IMG/VR virus record: IMGVR_UViG_3300021982_000201
Span: 1-55,299 of that record
DNA from: a virus
Taxonomy: Duplodnaviria > Caudoviricetes
Reading direction: 5' to 3' (one strand)
Length of the DNA stretch: 55,299 nucleotides
Shown: piece after piece, positions 37,117 through 45,881 of the stretch
Layout of the letters: each line of letters opens with the position of its first letter
Position numbering within the stretch: the stretch's first letter is position 1
Notes under the pieces: generated by a model
What the model was told of the DNA's origin: nothing
The model's input: only the letters and a program-made list of their open reading frames with translations
Databases searched by the model: none
Program-made: the position numbers and the translations under genes

Positions 37117-39027
37117 ATGGCTTTATATAAAACGGGTAACCCAGTCCCGTCTTCTGCTATGCCTGACATCTGGGATGATAACCAGGTTCAGGATATTATG
37201 ATTAATAGCGAAGATTTGGAAGTTGAAACCCGAACCGGGAAAATGCAGCCGACCTGGGCGGGGCTTGTAAAGAAAAATGAAGACGAAATTGAGGAAACCC
37301 GCCAGAACCTGATCCCCCTGAGCAAGCAATACATGACGCTTGCTGACGCACAGGCGGATATTGCGAATATCCCGGAGGGGAGCACCACTTATGTGCGCAG
37401 CCCTGATGGCGGCACACTGGCAGATGAGTACATTAATAACGGTGGCACGCTGGCAGCTACCGGACGGAAAATGCCGTCTCAGGAGAGTGTTGATACTTTA
37501 ATAGAGACCAACAAGCAAACATTACCTTTTACTTATCTCCTTTCTGCCTACAACGGAGATTCAACATACCCGCTCGCGCTGAGTGCCGATAACAATATTG
37601 TCCTGGGGTATGATGCTCCTTCAGAAGCAATAAGAGGGCTTGATGTACAAAGCGCACTTCAGTATCTCTCTGATATGTCCGGGCTTGGTTTTTCTCGCTT
37701 TAAAGGGAGCCCTTCCGGAATAATCCCCATCATTGGTGGAAGCGATAACAATATTGTCCTGGGGTATGACACAGCAAAGGCAGAACTTGTCGGGCTATTC
37801 CCTGAATCAGCAATGGATGCAAGCCCCAGAGCGCTGCCATTCAAAGTTGCCAAGGTTGCGACAAATTTCATACTCGCTTACGGTCAGTCATTGAGCACGG
37901 GTGTTCGCGCTCAGTCGGTTATCTCACTCACTCAGCCATACAGCAATATCACTTTCTCAAGCGGAGTAAGGGGGAATGGTGGGGATTTTTCAGCTATCAA
38001 GCCCCTGATTGAAGACGATGCAAAGCCTACCCCGGATGGCGAGAGCAGCGCAGCGGAAACAGTCTGTTCCGGAACAGCGAACTATGCCAGTCTGGCTATG
38101 TATCGGGAGAATAGTATTTCACCCTCTGACCATGTGATTTTTTGCAGTACTGCCGGGCACGGGGCATACACTATTGCTCAGTTGGCGAAAGGGTCTGCAT
38201 GGTACAACTCGCAATTCCTTAACCACCTTAACGGAGCAAAAAGCCTCAAAAACGACATAGCCCTCCATGCTATCGCCTGGCTGCAAGGTGAGACCGATTC
38301 CAATAATACCGGCTATACAAAAGCCGCCCACCTCGCGGCGTTACTAAAACTCCAGAGCGATATTACAGTCGATGCGCAGTCCATCACCGGGCAGGACAGC
38401 CCTGTCATGTTCCTGACGTACCAGCACAGTTCGCGAGTAAGAACAAACGATGCCGTGCCGCTGGCAATACTGGAGGCATGCGAGATCAGTGATTATTTCT
38501 ATTTTGTCGCGCCGACTTATGCCTTTCCTCATTACACGGACGGCCTGCATCTTCTGGCTGAGGGGTATAAATGGATTGGCGCATACTATGGAAGGGCATA
38601 TAAACAGGCCATTATTGATGGCATCAAGCCTCTGGCAATCAGGCCGAAAGGCGCTACATGGCACGGAAACAAGGTAACCGTCCGTTTTGATGTTCCTGTA
38701 TCGCCTCTGGTTCTTGATGCGACGAATCTTGCTCCCACTAAAGACTCTGGATTTGCCGTTTTTGCTGGCGGCGTTGCGCAGACCATCAGCGCTGTTGAAG
38801 TGCTGCATGGAGACAGTGTGGTTATCACCCTGGACTCTGCGCTCACTTCCACTCCGCAGGTGCGCTATGCGTTTGATAATCTCGGTACAGGTCTGACTAT
38901 TCAGAATGGTGCCAGCGGCAATCTCCGAGACTCCTGCCCTGATACCTGCATCATTGCCGGTAATGAAAAACCGATGTTTTATATTTGCCCCCACTTTAAA
39001 TTAAGCGCCATCAGCGAGGATTTCTGA
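37117..39027 (+). CDS. Tailspike with SGNH/SASA-like carbohydrate esterase domain
   Basis: Tailspike-type N-terminal anchor; YGQSL, WLQGETD, DGLH catalytic blocks. Confidence 0.8.
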   Translation: MALYKTGNPVPSSAMPDIWDDNQVQDIMINSEDLEVETRTGKMQPTWAGLVKKNEDEIEETRQNLIPLSKQYMTLADAQADIANIPEGSTTYVRSPDGGTLADEYINNGGTLAATGRKMPSQESVDTLIETNKQTLPFTYLLSAYNGDSTYPLALSADNNIVLGYDAPSEAIRGLDVQSALQYLSDMSGLGFSRFKGSPSGIIPIIGGSDNNIVLGYDTAKAELVGLFPESAMDASPRALPFKVAKVATNFILAYGQSLSTGVRAQSVISLTQPYSNITFSSGVRGNGGDFSAIKPLIEDDAKPTPDGESSAAETVCSGTANYASLAMYRENSISPSDHVIFCSTAGHGAYTIAQLAKGSAWYNSQFLNHLNGAKSLKNDIALHAIAWLQGETDSNNTGYTKAAHLAALLKLQSDITVDAQSITGQDSPVMFLTYQHSSRVRTNDAVPLAILEACEISDYFYFVAPTYAFPHYTDGLHLLAEGYKWIGAYYGRAYKQAIIDGIKPLAIRPKGATWHGNKVTVRFDVPVSPLVLDATNLAPTKDSGFAVFAGGVAQTISAVEVLHGDSVVITLDSALTSTPQVRYAFDNLGTGLTIQNGASGNLRDSCPDTCIIAGNEKPMFYICPHFKLSAISEDF

Positions 39028-39028
39028 T

Positions 39029-39742
39029 ATGTCACTTTTTATTCAACTTCCGGTCACGGCCCCTGCAACTATCGGTACGGTCGCAGAGGGTGATATTGAA
39101 ATATTCTTGCCATTTGATTCTGATGCTACAGAATTCTGGAACTTCCGGCGGGCTTCTTTAGTGGCTGCAAACGATGCTACAAAATCATTGACGCCACAGG
39201 GTAATTATTCTTTCAGCGGCAATGCACTGAATGTAACGACAGGCGGCGGGAATAATCTGGAGACCAGTCTGGTTGATGATGGTGAATTCTCGTTTTGCGG
39301 AGTGGTGAGTCATCTTGGTTCAGACACCATGTCAACGATTATTGCCGGTAACTATCAAAACTCCGTTGAAGGCACTACGATTTATAAAGCCACTGGCGGC
39401 GTGTTAACTGTCCGCGCCGCATCCAAAGTTTCAACTATAGGTGTCCCGCATGCGTCATCGCCATTATTCTTCGGTGTCTCGATCAGCAAATCATCGCCAG
39501 CGCTCAGTGTGGTAGTTAAGCAACCTGGCACGCTCGACTTTTCAGTAACCGGAATATCTTTTGCTACGCCGTATGTAGAATCAACCGAACCAGTAACGCT
39601 AGGTTCATTGGTTGGGGGGGCAGTGTCAAATATCCCTTTCTATGAATTTGCCACCTATGAACGTGCGCTGACCCTGGCCGAACTCAACACTAAATATCTG
39701 CTGGCCAAAACGAGAATGAAAGGCATTGGAATCTCAATTTAA
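39029..39742 (+). CDS. Tailspike-associated beta-sandwich (LamG/ConA-like) protein
   Basis: Beta-rich, EFATYERALT..EL C-terminal motif; coupled to tailspike gene. Confidence 0.65.
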   Translation: MSLFIQLPVTAPATIGTVAEGDIEIFLPFDSDATEFWNFRRASLVAANDATKSLTPQGNYSFSGNALNVTTGGGNNLETSLVDDGEFSFCGVVSHLGSDTMSTIIAGNYQNSVEGTTIYKATGGVLTVRAASKVSTIGVPHASSPLFFGVSISKSSPALSVVVKQPGTLDFSVTGISFATPYVESTEPVTLGSLVGGAVSNIPFYEFATYERALTLAELNTKYLLAKTRMKGIGISI

Positions 39743-39813
39743 TCGTTGCAGCAGCGGCTGCCATGAAAATTGATAGGCGTAACCTCTCTTGATCTGAACC
39801 CCAGATAAAACTA

Positions 39814-39829
39814 CTGTATATAAAAACAG
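39814..39829 (+). promoter_or_regulatory. LexA (SOS) box
   Basis: CTGTATATAAAAACAG, CTG-N10-CAG. Confidence 0.85.
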
Positions 39830-39848
39830 TGGTTATCGGAGGGAAGAC

Positions 39849-40130
39849 ATGCATCGACAGTCAGACATCAATCAGGCATTCCGCGAGTCGGTATTGCGCA
39901 GTTCTAAGGGGTTCCAGTACCTTCACACCCGCGACTTCGTTACTGCGCTGCGCCGGCGCGGCATCCATTTTTCCGAGGTGGAGGCTAACGCCTGGATCGC
40001 ACGCGAGCAGTCTTATTTCGTCGACAAAACGGCAGAGCACAGCGAAAACCGCCTGTGGATAATGGCAGAGATGGAACGAGAGCTGATTGTCGAGCGAACC
40101 AGAGCGGGTTTAGCCGCAGCGAGGGAGTAG
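39849..40130 (+). CDS. SOS-controlled small protein fused in frame to an invertase fragment
   Basis: GGAGG RBS; last 22 aa MAEMERELIVERTRAGLAAARE are serine-recombinase helix E. Confidence 0.7.
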   Translation: MHRQSDINQAFRESVLRSSKGFQYLHTRDFVTALRRRGIHFSEVEANAWIAREQSYFVDKTAEHSENRLWIMAEMERELIVERTRAGLAAARE

Positions 40131-40280
40131 GGGAGAGTCGGTGGCCGTCGCCGGGTAATGACTGAAGATGTGGTGGAGCAGTGCCGCAGAATGCTGGAGA
40201 ACGGCGCTACCCGGCAGCAGGTAGCCGATGTGATAGGTGTAGACGTGAAAACAATCTACAAGTACCTCCCGGCGACTTGA
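40062..40280 (+). pseudogene. Hin/Pin-type serine invertase remnant (C-terminal part)
   Basis: ERELIVERTRAGLAAARE*GRVGGRR...VADVIGVDVKTIYKYLPAT; TAG at 40128; catalytic domain absent. Confidence 0.85.
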
Positions 40281-40357
40281 AGACAAAGATTTCACTACTT
40301 TTCCTGATATGTTACGTTTGGCTTAATCAATTCATTCAGCTTTGAAAACAGTTTGGT

Positions 40358-40780
40358 TTGTTCGTGAACGGTAAGAAAACAATAAGTTTTGAGCAATTTT
40401 TAACTATTAACAGCAATCTTGTTTCCATCTCAGATACATGGGCTGACTTGTGGGCGTTAATTTTTCACACGGGTTTAAGCGCTGGAAGGCTGCTGAGTAT
40501 TCGATATGATGAAATTGATGGTGACTTGATACTGATACGAAAACAGGGTCACCTGAAGGAGCTACGTGTTAAATCAACCCCTCCAGTGGAGGCGATGATT
40601 GCTCGTAGAAGAGAACGCTATCCAGAAGATGTTTATTTATTTCAGAGTCATTCTAACCGTGTGAAGTACCATCGCCGGCCGGTCACTATAATTGCTTTCA
40701 ACGCCGCTTTACGTCGCGCCGCTAGATCATTACCAGACGTTAACGTAAGCAGTAGTAGCGCGAGAAACATACCGGACTAA
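40358..40780 (+). CDS. Truncated tyrosine-recombinase-like protein lacking catalytic residues
   Basis: LIFHTGLSAGRLLSIRYDEI resembles box I without Arg; YLFQS; no HxxR or Tyr box. Confidence 0.6.
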   Translation: MFVNGKKTISFEQFLTINSNLVSISDTWADLWALIFHTGLSAGRLLSIRYDEIDGDLILIRKQGHLKELRVKSTPPVEAMIARRRERYPEDVYLFQSHSNRVKYHRRPVTIIAFNAALRRAARSLPDVNVSSSSARNIPD

Positions 40781-40864
40781 GCGCCTGTCCAGTAGCGTGT
40801 GGCCGATGTGACAGGCGTGGGAGTGAAGACGATTTACAAATATTTGCCAGTACAATACGGCGAT

Positions 40865-40940
40865 AAAAAATCCCCTTGAGCAGGCACACTCAAGGGGAAA
40901 ATACTACATAACATCATTGCTGTGTGCGTCTTTGCGCTCA
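40865..40940 (-). ncRNA. Candidate sRNA with RprA-complementary segment and intrinsic terminator
   Basis: Minus-strand TCCCCTTGAG/CTCAAGGGGA stem plus T6; upstream GCAAAGACGCACACAGCAAT. Confidence 0.45.
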
Positions 40941-41174
40941 TCTATCTTCCAAGAAGATGCCTAAAGCTTCCAGATATTTCTGGTCTGAGCAGTTAAAACA
41001 TTGTGTCTGTGGCCTATGTGCTCGGAGGGGGTGAAGACGATTTATAAAGATTTCCCGGATAGCATACTGCATTAGGCTGGGTGAGGATTTGATGTAAAAA
41101 CCCACCCGGCAGCCGTATATAAGACCTGCCGAGTAGGGTAACTGCAGGTGTTCATGCCGTACAATACCCATAAC

Positions 41175-41423
41175 TCAACACACAAACCAGTCGTCAGCCG
41201 TCTCCCAGGCGTCTTTTAGAGTGGTCTCTACAAATTCTTTGGCGATTTCTTTATCAGTCGCCCACAAAACGCTCAGTCCATCATTACTGGCCGTTTTCAC
41301 GATCACTTCAACGTCGTCATATTGCTTGCTGATTCGACGGGTCATTTCGTCTTTCAAGGCCTCCATTGACCCCTTTGGCATTTTCGCGGCTTTCTCTTTG
41401 GCAATGCTGATTTCTACACGCAT
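41175..41423 (-). CDS. DinI-family protein
   Basis: [19 protein letters not shown]...WETADDWF; LexA box upstream. Confidence 0.9.
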   Translation of the reverse strand: MRVEISIAKEKAAKMPKGSMEALKDEMTRRISKQYDDVEVIVKTASNDGLSVLWATDKEIAKEFVETTLKDAWETADDWFVC

Positions 41424-41439
41424 GATAATCACCTTTGTG

Positions 41440-41455
41440 CTGGTTGGATATACAG
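41440..41455 (-). promoter_or_regulatory. LexA (SOS) box upstream of dinI-like gene
   Basis: CTGTATATCCAACCAG on minus strand. Confidence 0.85.
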
Positions 41456-41501
41456 TATTTAACGAGAGATGATTACTAGTCAAATGGATTGTTTAGGTTT
41501 G

Positions 41502-41567
41502 TGAGTACATAATTAAGTACATACCTTAGGCGAGTATTAATTAATTTTATTTTAAATCAGTTGGTTG
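41502..41567 (+). promoter_or_regulatory. Arm-type sites and IHF-like site inside the right att
   Basis: TGAGTACA (41502), TAAGTACA (41514), AATCAGTTGGTTG (41555-41567, one mismatch to WATCAANNNNTTR). Confidence 0.55.
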
Positions 41568-41580
41568 TGACTTTGTTCAA

Positions 41581-41592
41581 GTAATCTTCGGC
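41581..41592 (+). repeat. att core, right copy (GTAATCTTCGGC)
   Basis: Identical to 662-673. Confidence 0.92.
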
Positions 41593-41631
41593 GTAATCGC
41601 CCACCAGCATCAGAATCTTTTTGCCCATCAT
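41581..41631 (-). pseudogene. 5' fragment of the DJ-1/PfpI gene (MMGKKILMLVGDYAEDY)
   Basis: AGGAG RBS; joins in frame to ETMVPFQAL at 661 across the att core. Confidence 0.9.
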
Positions 41632-42446
41632 ATTCACTCCTGTATGAATTAAAGTGTCTAAGATATAGCCTGGCGGGAGAGGGAATGCGAACCGCAACTC
41701 GGCTCAGGACAACAAAACAATGAATCCGCAGCTGCAATCCTTTGCGACCTGGCTGGCGGGTAGCGGGCGCGCTGCTTTCGAAGGGCGCTGGCAACCTCTG
41801 CTACTTGGGCGTTTAGCCAGTAAACTCACGTTACCTGGCGCCAGTAATCAGGCGGCGGGAAGGGACTAATGGGCGATGAGCATTATTGTCTGCCGTATTT
41901 AAATATACCGGCTGAATGAAATGCCAATATTTCATTGCACTTACTGATCATTAAGGTCCCGTCAGGTTTAATAATCAAAAGAGGACATCTGAGAAAAATT
42001 ATTTGTAACTTTTATACTAATCCTGTCTGTCATTTACTATGGTTATAGTAATTTCCGGCTCAGGACTCATGAACAGTTTGTGAACGGTAAAAATAATTCT
42101 ATTTTTCTTTCTGTTATCAGCCATCTTCTCAATACTGGAAATAATCATTATTACCGTTCTATATTGATTCTTATCAACTAAACAGGTTTGTTGAGATGTA
42201 AGTTCATTATTTATTCATTAGGCAGGCGTAAATCCTGCCCTTATTGTAAGTAAATGGTTGGTATTTCATATTGGCTTTATTCGTCTGATGTTTTGATTTT
42301 TTTATATTTGGATTAAAATGCTTAAGGAAAGTCTTGCATTGAACTTTAGAACTGACAGGTTGATATTTTCTGATGCTTTGCTCTACTATGGTTTTGTCAT
42401 CAAACGTCGTTATTTTAACAAATATTCCTCAAGGGAAGGGACCGCT

Positions 42447-42938
42447 ATGGCTGATAGTTTCCAGAATGAAGTGCCAAAGGCACGCATTAATTTAAAGCTG
42501 GCTCTGCATACAGGGGGGGTACAGAAGAAAGTCGAGTTACCGCTAAAGCTTCTCACCCTCGGTGATTTCAGTAATGGTAAAGAGGACCGGCCATTATCTG
42601 AAAGAGAAAAAATCAACATCAATAAAAATAACTTCAACAGCGTCCTTGCGGAATTCAATCCAGAAATAAACCTGACCGTGCAGAATACCCTGGCCGGAGA
42701 AGGCACGGAGGAAAGCATTAAGCTGAACTTCGCCGATATGAAAGACTTCGAGCCTGAGCAGGTTGCCCGTCAAATCCCGCAGCTTCGCGCCATGCTGGCG
42801 ATGCGTAATTTATTGCGCGACCTCAAATCCAACCTTCTTGATAACGCCACTTTCCGAAAAGAGCTCGAAAAGATTTTGAAAGACCCGGCGCTGTCTCAGG
42901 AATTACGCGATGAAATGAGCGCACTGGCCCCGAAATAA
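42447..42938 (+). CDS. tssB: T6SS contractile sheath small subunit
   Basis: MADSFQNEVPKARIN, ELPLKLL..GDFS, MKDFEPEQVA. Confidence 0.95.
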   Translation: MADSFQNEVPKARINLKLALHTGGVQKKVELPLKLLTLGDFSNGKEDRPLSEREKININKNNFNSVLAEFNPEINLTVQNTLAGEGTEESIKLNFADMKDFEPEQVARQIPQLRAMLAMRNLLRDLKSNLLDNATFRKELEKILKDPALSQELRDEMSALAPK

Positions 42939-42972
42939 ACGGCGTGTGTTATTTAATGGATTAACCGGGAAT

Positions 42973-44514
42973 ATGCTGATGTCTGTAAATACTGAAACCG
43001 CCTCCGCGCAGGGGCAGACTGCTGTACTGGAAAAAGAGGGCGTGTACGCCTCCCTGTTTGAAAAAATCAACCTGACCCCGGCATCCCGCCTGGGGGATAT
43101 TAACGACTTTCTGGACGATGCCGCACTGTCTGACGCCCCGGCGGGCGAGCGTCTGACGGCGGCGATGCAGGTGTTTATGGACTGCATCCGCAAGGCCGGC
43201 CAGCCGGTGGAGAAGCTCGATAAGACCCTGATCGATCACCATATCGCGGAGCTGGATTACCAGATTAGCCGCCAGCTGGATGCGATCATGCACCACGAAG
43301 CGTTCCAGAAAGTGGAGTCCCTGTGGCGCGGCTTGAAGCAACTGGTGGACAGCACCGACTATAGTCAGAACGTGAAAACCGAAATTCTGGACGTATCGAA
43401 AGACGATCTACGCCAGGACTTCGAAGACGCGCCGGAGCTGATCCAGAGCGGCCTCTACTGGCATACCTACACCGCGGAGTACGACACCCCTGGCGGCGAG
43501 CCCATTGGATCGGTGATCTCCGCTTACGAGTTCGACGCTAGCCCGCAGGACATGGCGCTGCTGCGTAACATATCTAACGTCTCAGCCGCGGCGCATATGC
43601 CGTTTATCGGCGCCGTCGGCCCGGCTTTCTTCCTGAAAGATTCCATGGAAGAGGTCGCCGCGATCAAGGATATCGGCAACTACTTCGACCGCGCCGAGTA
43701 CATCAAGTGGAAATCCTTCCGCGATACTGACGATGCGCGCTATATCGGCCTGGTAATGCCGCGCGTGCTGGGCCGCCTGCCGTATGGTCCGGACACCGTG
43801 CCGGTGCGCAGCTTTAACTACGTCGAGCAGGTGAAAGGTCCGGACCACGAGAAATACCTGTGGACCAGCGCGTCGTTCTCCTTCGCCGCCAACATGGTGA
43901 AAAGCTTTATCAATAACGGCTGGTGCGTGCAGATCCGCGGCCCGCAGGCGGGCGGGGCGGTGAAAGATCTGCCGATCCATCTTTATGATCTGGGTACCGG
44001 CAACCAGGTGAAGATCCCATCCGAGGTGATGATCCCGGAAACCCGCGAGTTTGAGTTTGCCGGCCTCGGTTTTATCCCGCTGTCGTTCTACAAGAATCGC
44101 GACTACGCCTGCTTCTTCTCGGCGAACTCCGCCCAGAAACCGGCGCGGTACGACACCGCCGACGCCACCGCCAACAGCAGAATCAACGCGCGCCTGCCGT
44201 ACATCTTCCTGCTGTCGCGCATTGCGCACTACCTGAAGCTTATCCAGCGTGAAAACATCGGCACCACCAAGGATCGTCGTCTGCTGGAACTGGAGCTCAA
44301 CACTTGGGTGCGTGGGTTGGTCACCGAAATGACCGACCCGGGCGACGAGCTGCAGGCCTCTCACCCGCTGCGCGACGCGAAGGTGGTGGTGGAAGACATT
44401 GAGGACAACCCGGGCTTCTTCCGCGTGAAGCTGTTCGCGGTGCCGCACTTCCAGGTGGAAGGGATGGACGTCAACCTGTCGCTGGTTTCTCAGATGCCGA
44501 AAGCCAAATCGTAA
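42973..44514 (+). CDS. tssC: T6SS contractile sheath large subunit
   Basis: FQKVESLWRGL, EYDTPGGEP, AAHMPF, PHFQVEG. Confidence 0.96.
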   Translation: MLMSVNTETASAQGQTAVLEKEGVYASLFEKINLTPASRLGDINDFLDDAALSDAPAGERLTAAMQVFMDCIRKAGQPVEKLDKTLIDHHIAELDYQISRQLDAIMHHEAFQKVESLWRGLKQLVDSTDYSQNVKTEILDVSKDDLRQDFEDAPELIQSGLYWHTYTAEYDTPGGEPIGSVISAYEFDASPQDMALLRNISNVSAAAHMPFIGAVGPAFFLKDSMEEVAAIKDIGNYFDRAEYIKWKSFRDTDDARYIGLVMPRVLGRLPYGPDTVPVRSFNYVEQVKGPDHEKYLWTSASFSFAANMVKSFINNGWCVQIRGPQAGGAVKDLPIHLYDLGTGNQVKIPSEVMIPETREFEFAGLGFIPLSFYKNRDYACFFSANSAQKPARYDTADATANSRINARLPYIFLLSRIAHYLKLIQRENIGTTKDRRLLELELNTWVRGLVTEMTDPGDELQASHPLRDAKVVVEDIEDNPGFFRVKLFAVPHFQVEGMDVNLSLVSQMPKAKS

Positions 44515-44531
44515 GGCGAGGGAAATCAGGG

Positions 44532-45881
44532 ATGAAAATTTATCGTCCACTGTGGAATGAGGGGGCTTTACTGTCCCCTCAACAGTTCCAGCAGCAGGCT
44601 GAATGGGAGTCTTTTCGCACTGCCGGCGCATTAGCGCTGGCATCCCCATTCCCCTGGGGTGTGGAAAAGATTGAGTTTAATGACAGTCTTCTTTCGTCCG
44701 GGCTGATCCAGATTACGCAGTTACGCCTCTGGCTGGAAGATGGAACTCTTATTGATGCGCAAAGGAGCGATCTGCCTCCGGCGCCGCGTGAGTTAGATGC
44801 CAGCCAATTGGCAGGTCTTGATGCGGTAACCGTCGTCATCGCCCTGCCTCACATGCAGCCAGGTGTGATCAACGTTGAACAGGAAGGCGTCAATTCAGAC
44901 CGGCCGCTTCGCTATCGTGAAGAGTGGGTGACGTTACAGGATGCCTTTGGCTCTGAAGACGAATCCATGGCAGTTGCCCGGTTTAATTTCACCATCCGGT
45001 TTGCCCATGAAAGCAATGATTCATGGAAAGTGTGCCCGGTAGCAAGGCTGATCCGGGATGGGCAAAATGCGTGGCGACAGGATCCGTCTTTTATTCCTCC
45101 AGTGGCGTCATTTGGGGCAAACCCGGTCCTTCGCGAACGTCTGGTGTTGCTCAATCGCCAGTTACGCTCCCGACGCCAGCGTCTGATGACGATGCGTCGT
45201 GAAAGCAACGAAAGGCTCGCCGATTTTGCCGTCGCCGATGTTTCTCTTTTCTGGCTGCTGAATGCACTGAATTCTCACGCCAGGGTGCTGACGGAATACG
45301 AACGTTTTCCTGGCCGTCCACCTGAACAGGTGTGGGCGGAGCTCGCTCGTCTGGCAGGCAGTATGCTGACCTTTTCCCTGGACCATGATCTTGACGCCAT
45401 ACCGGCTTATGACCACGAGGAACCGGGTAATACGTTTCCTCCGCTGTTTGATCTGATAACGGGTTTGCTGGAGGCCAGTCTGCCATCCCGGGTTATTGCT
45501 CTGGAAATGTCCCGCCCGGATGGACAGACCTGGAAGGCCAACCTTCACGATATCCGTCTGCGTGAAGAGGCCGACCTCTATCTCTCTGTGCGCTCGGATA
45601 TCCCGGCCTGGCAGGTTGCCGAGAAATTCCCTGCGCTCTGTCAGGCGGGATCTCCTGATGATGTCAGCGAGATCTATGGTGCGGCGCTCAAGGGGATCCC
45701 TTTGATCCCTGTGAGCAGGGTCCCGGCTGCGTTGCCTGTACGCATGGAAAACCAGTACTTCGCACTTGATATGGAAAGCCCTGCTGCGCATGAAATGCAG
45801 GAGCAGGGAGTATGTATGTTCTATGTGCCTGAGTTACTTGGCGCTCTGGAACTTGAACTGTTTGCGGTATTGCGCTCATGA
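44532..45881 (+). CDS. tssK: T6SS baseplate subunit
   Basis: RPLWNEGALLSPQQFQQQ, LELELFAVLR. Confidence 0.95.
   Translation: MKIYRPLWNEGALLSPQQFQQQAEWESFRTAGALALASPFPWGVEKIEFNDSLLSSGLIQITQLRLWLEDGTLIDAQRSDLPPAPRELDASQLAGLDAVTVVIALPHMQPGVINVEQEGVNSDRPLRYREEWVTLQDAFGSEDESMAVARFNFTIRFAHESNDSWKVCPVARLIRDGQNAWRQDPSFIPPVASFGANPVLRERLVLLNRQLRSRRQRLMTMRRESNERLADFAVADVSLFWLLNALNSHARVLTEYERFPGRPPEQVWAELARLAGSMLTFSLDHDLDAIPAYDHEEPGNTFPPLFDLITGLLEASLPSRVIALEMSRPDGQTWKANLHDIRLREEADLYLSVRSDIPAWQVAEKFPALCQAGSPDDVSEIYGAALKGIPLIPVSRVPAALPVRMENQYFALDMESPAAHEMQEQGVCMFYVPELLGALELELFAVLRS

Larger units (their letters stand above)
40221..41058 (+). repeat. Three degenerate ~50-bp direct repeats of the invertase HTH 3' end
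   Basis: Copies at 40221-40272, 40799-40850, 41009-41058 (V A x V x G ... V K T I Y K x x P). Confidence 0.8.
662..41592. mobile_element. Temperate prophage (~40.9 kb), lambdoid early region plus contractile-tail structural module
   Basis: 12-bp direct repeat at both ends, split host gene that rejoins in frame, integrase at left end, full set of regulation, replication, lysis, head and tail genes. Confidence 0.95.

Noticed and set aside
36324-40280. Invertible tail-fibre segment or diversity-generating retroelement
   Set aside because: No inverted crossover sites, opposed fibre genes, intact invertase or reverse transcriptase seen.
40221-41058. CRISPR array interpretation of the three repeats
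   Set aside because: Repeats are degenerate coding fragments with 158-526 bp spacers; no cas genes.
41552-41794. 80-aa minus ORF spanning the right att
   Set aside because: Wrong frame relative to the true PfpI 5' fragment; no RBS or recognisable content.
42513-42519. G7 run in tssB as phase-variable tract
   Set aside because: Short, in frame, encodes a Thr-Gly-Gly-Val stretch.
43582-44649. 355-aa antisense ORF over tssC (and similar long shadows over clpV, dnaB, hub and tailspike)
   Set aside because: Explained by codon bias of the sense genes; no independent signals.
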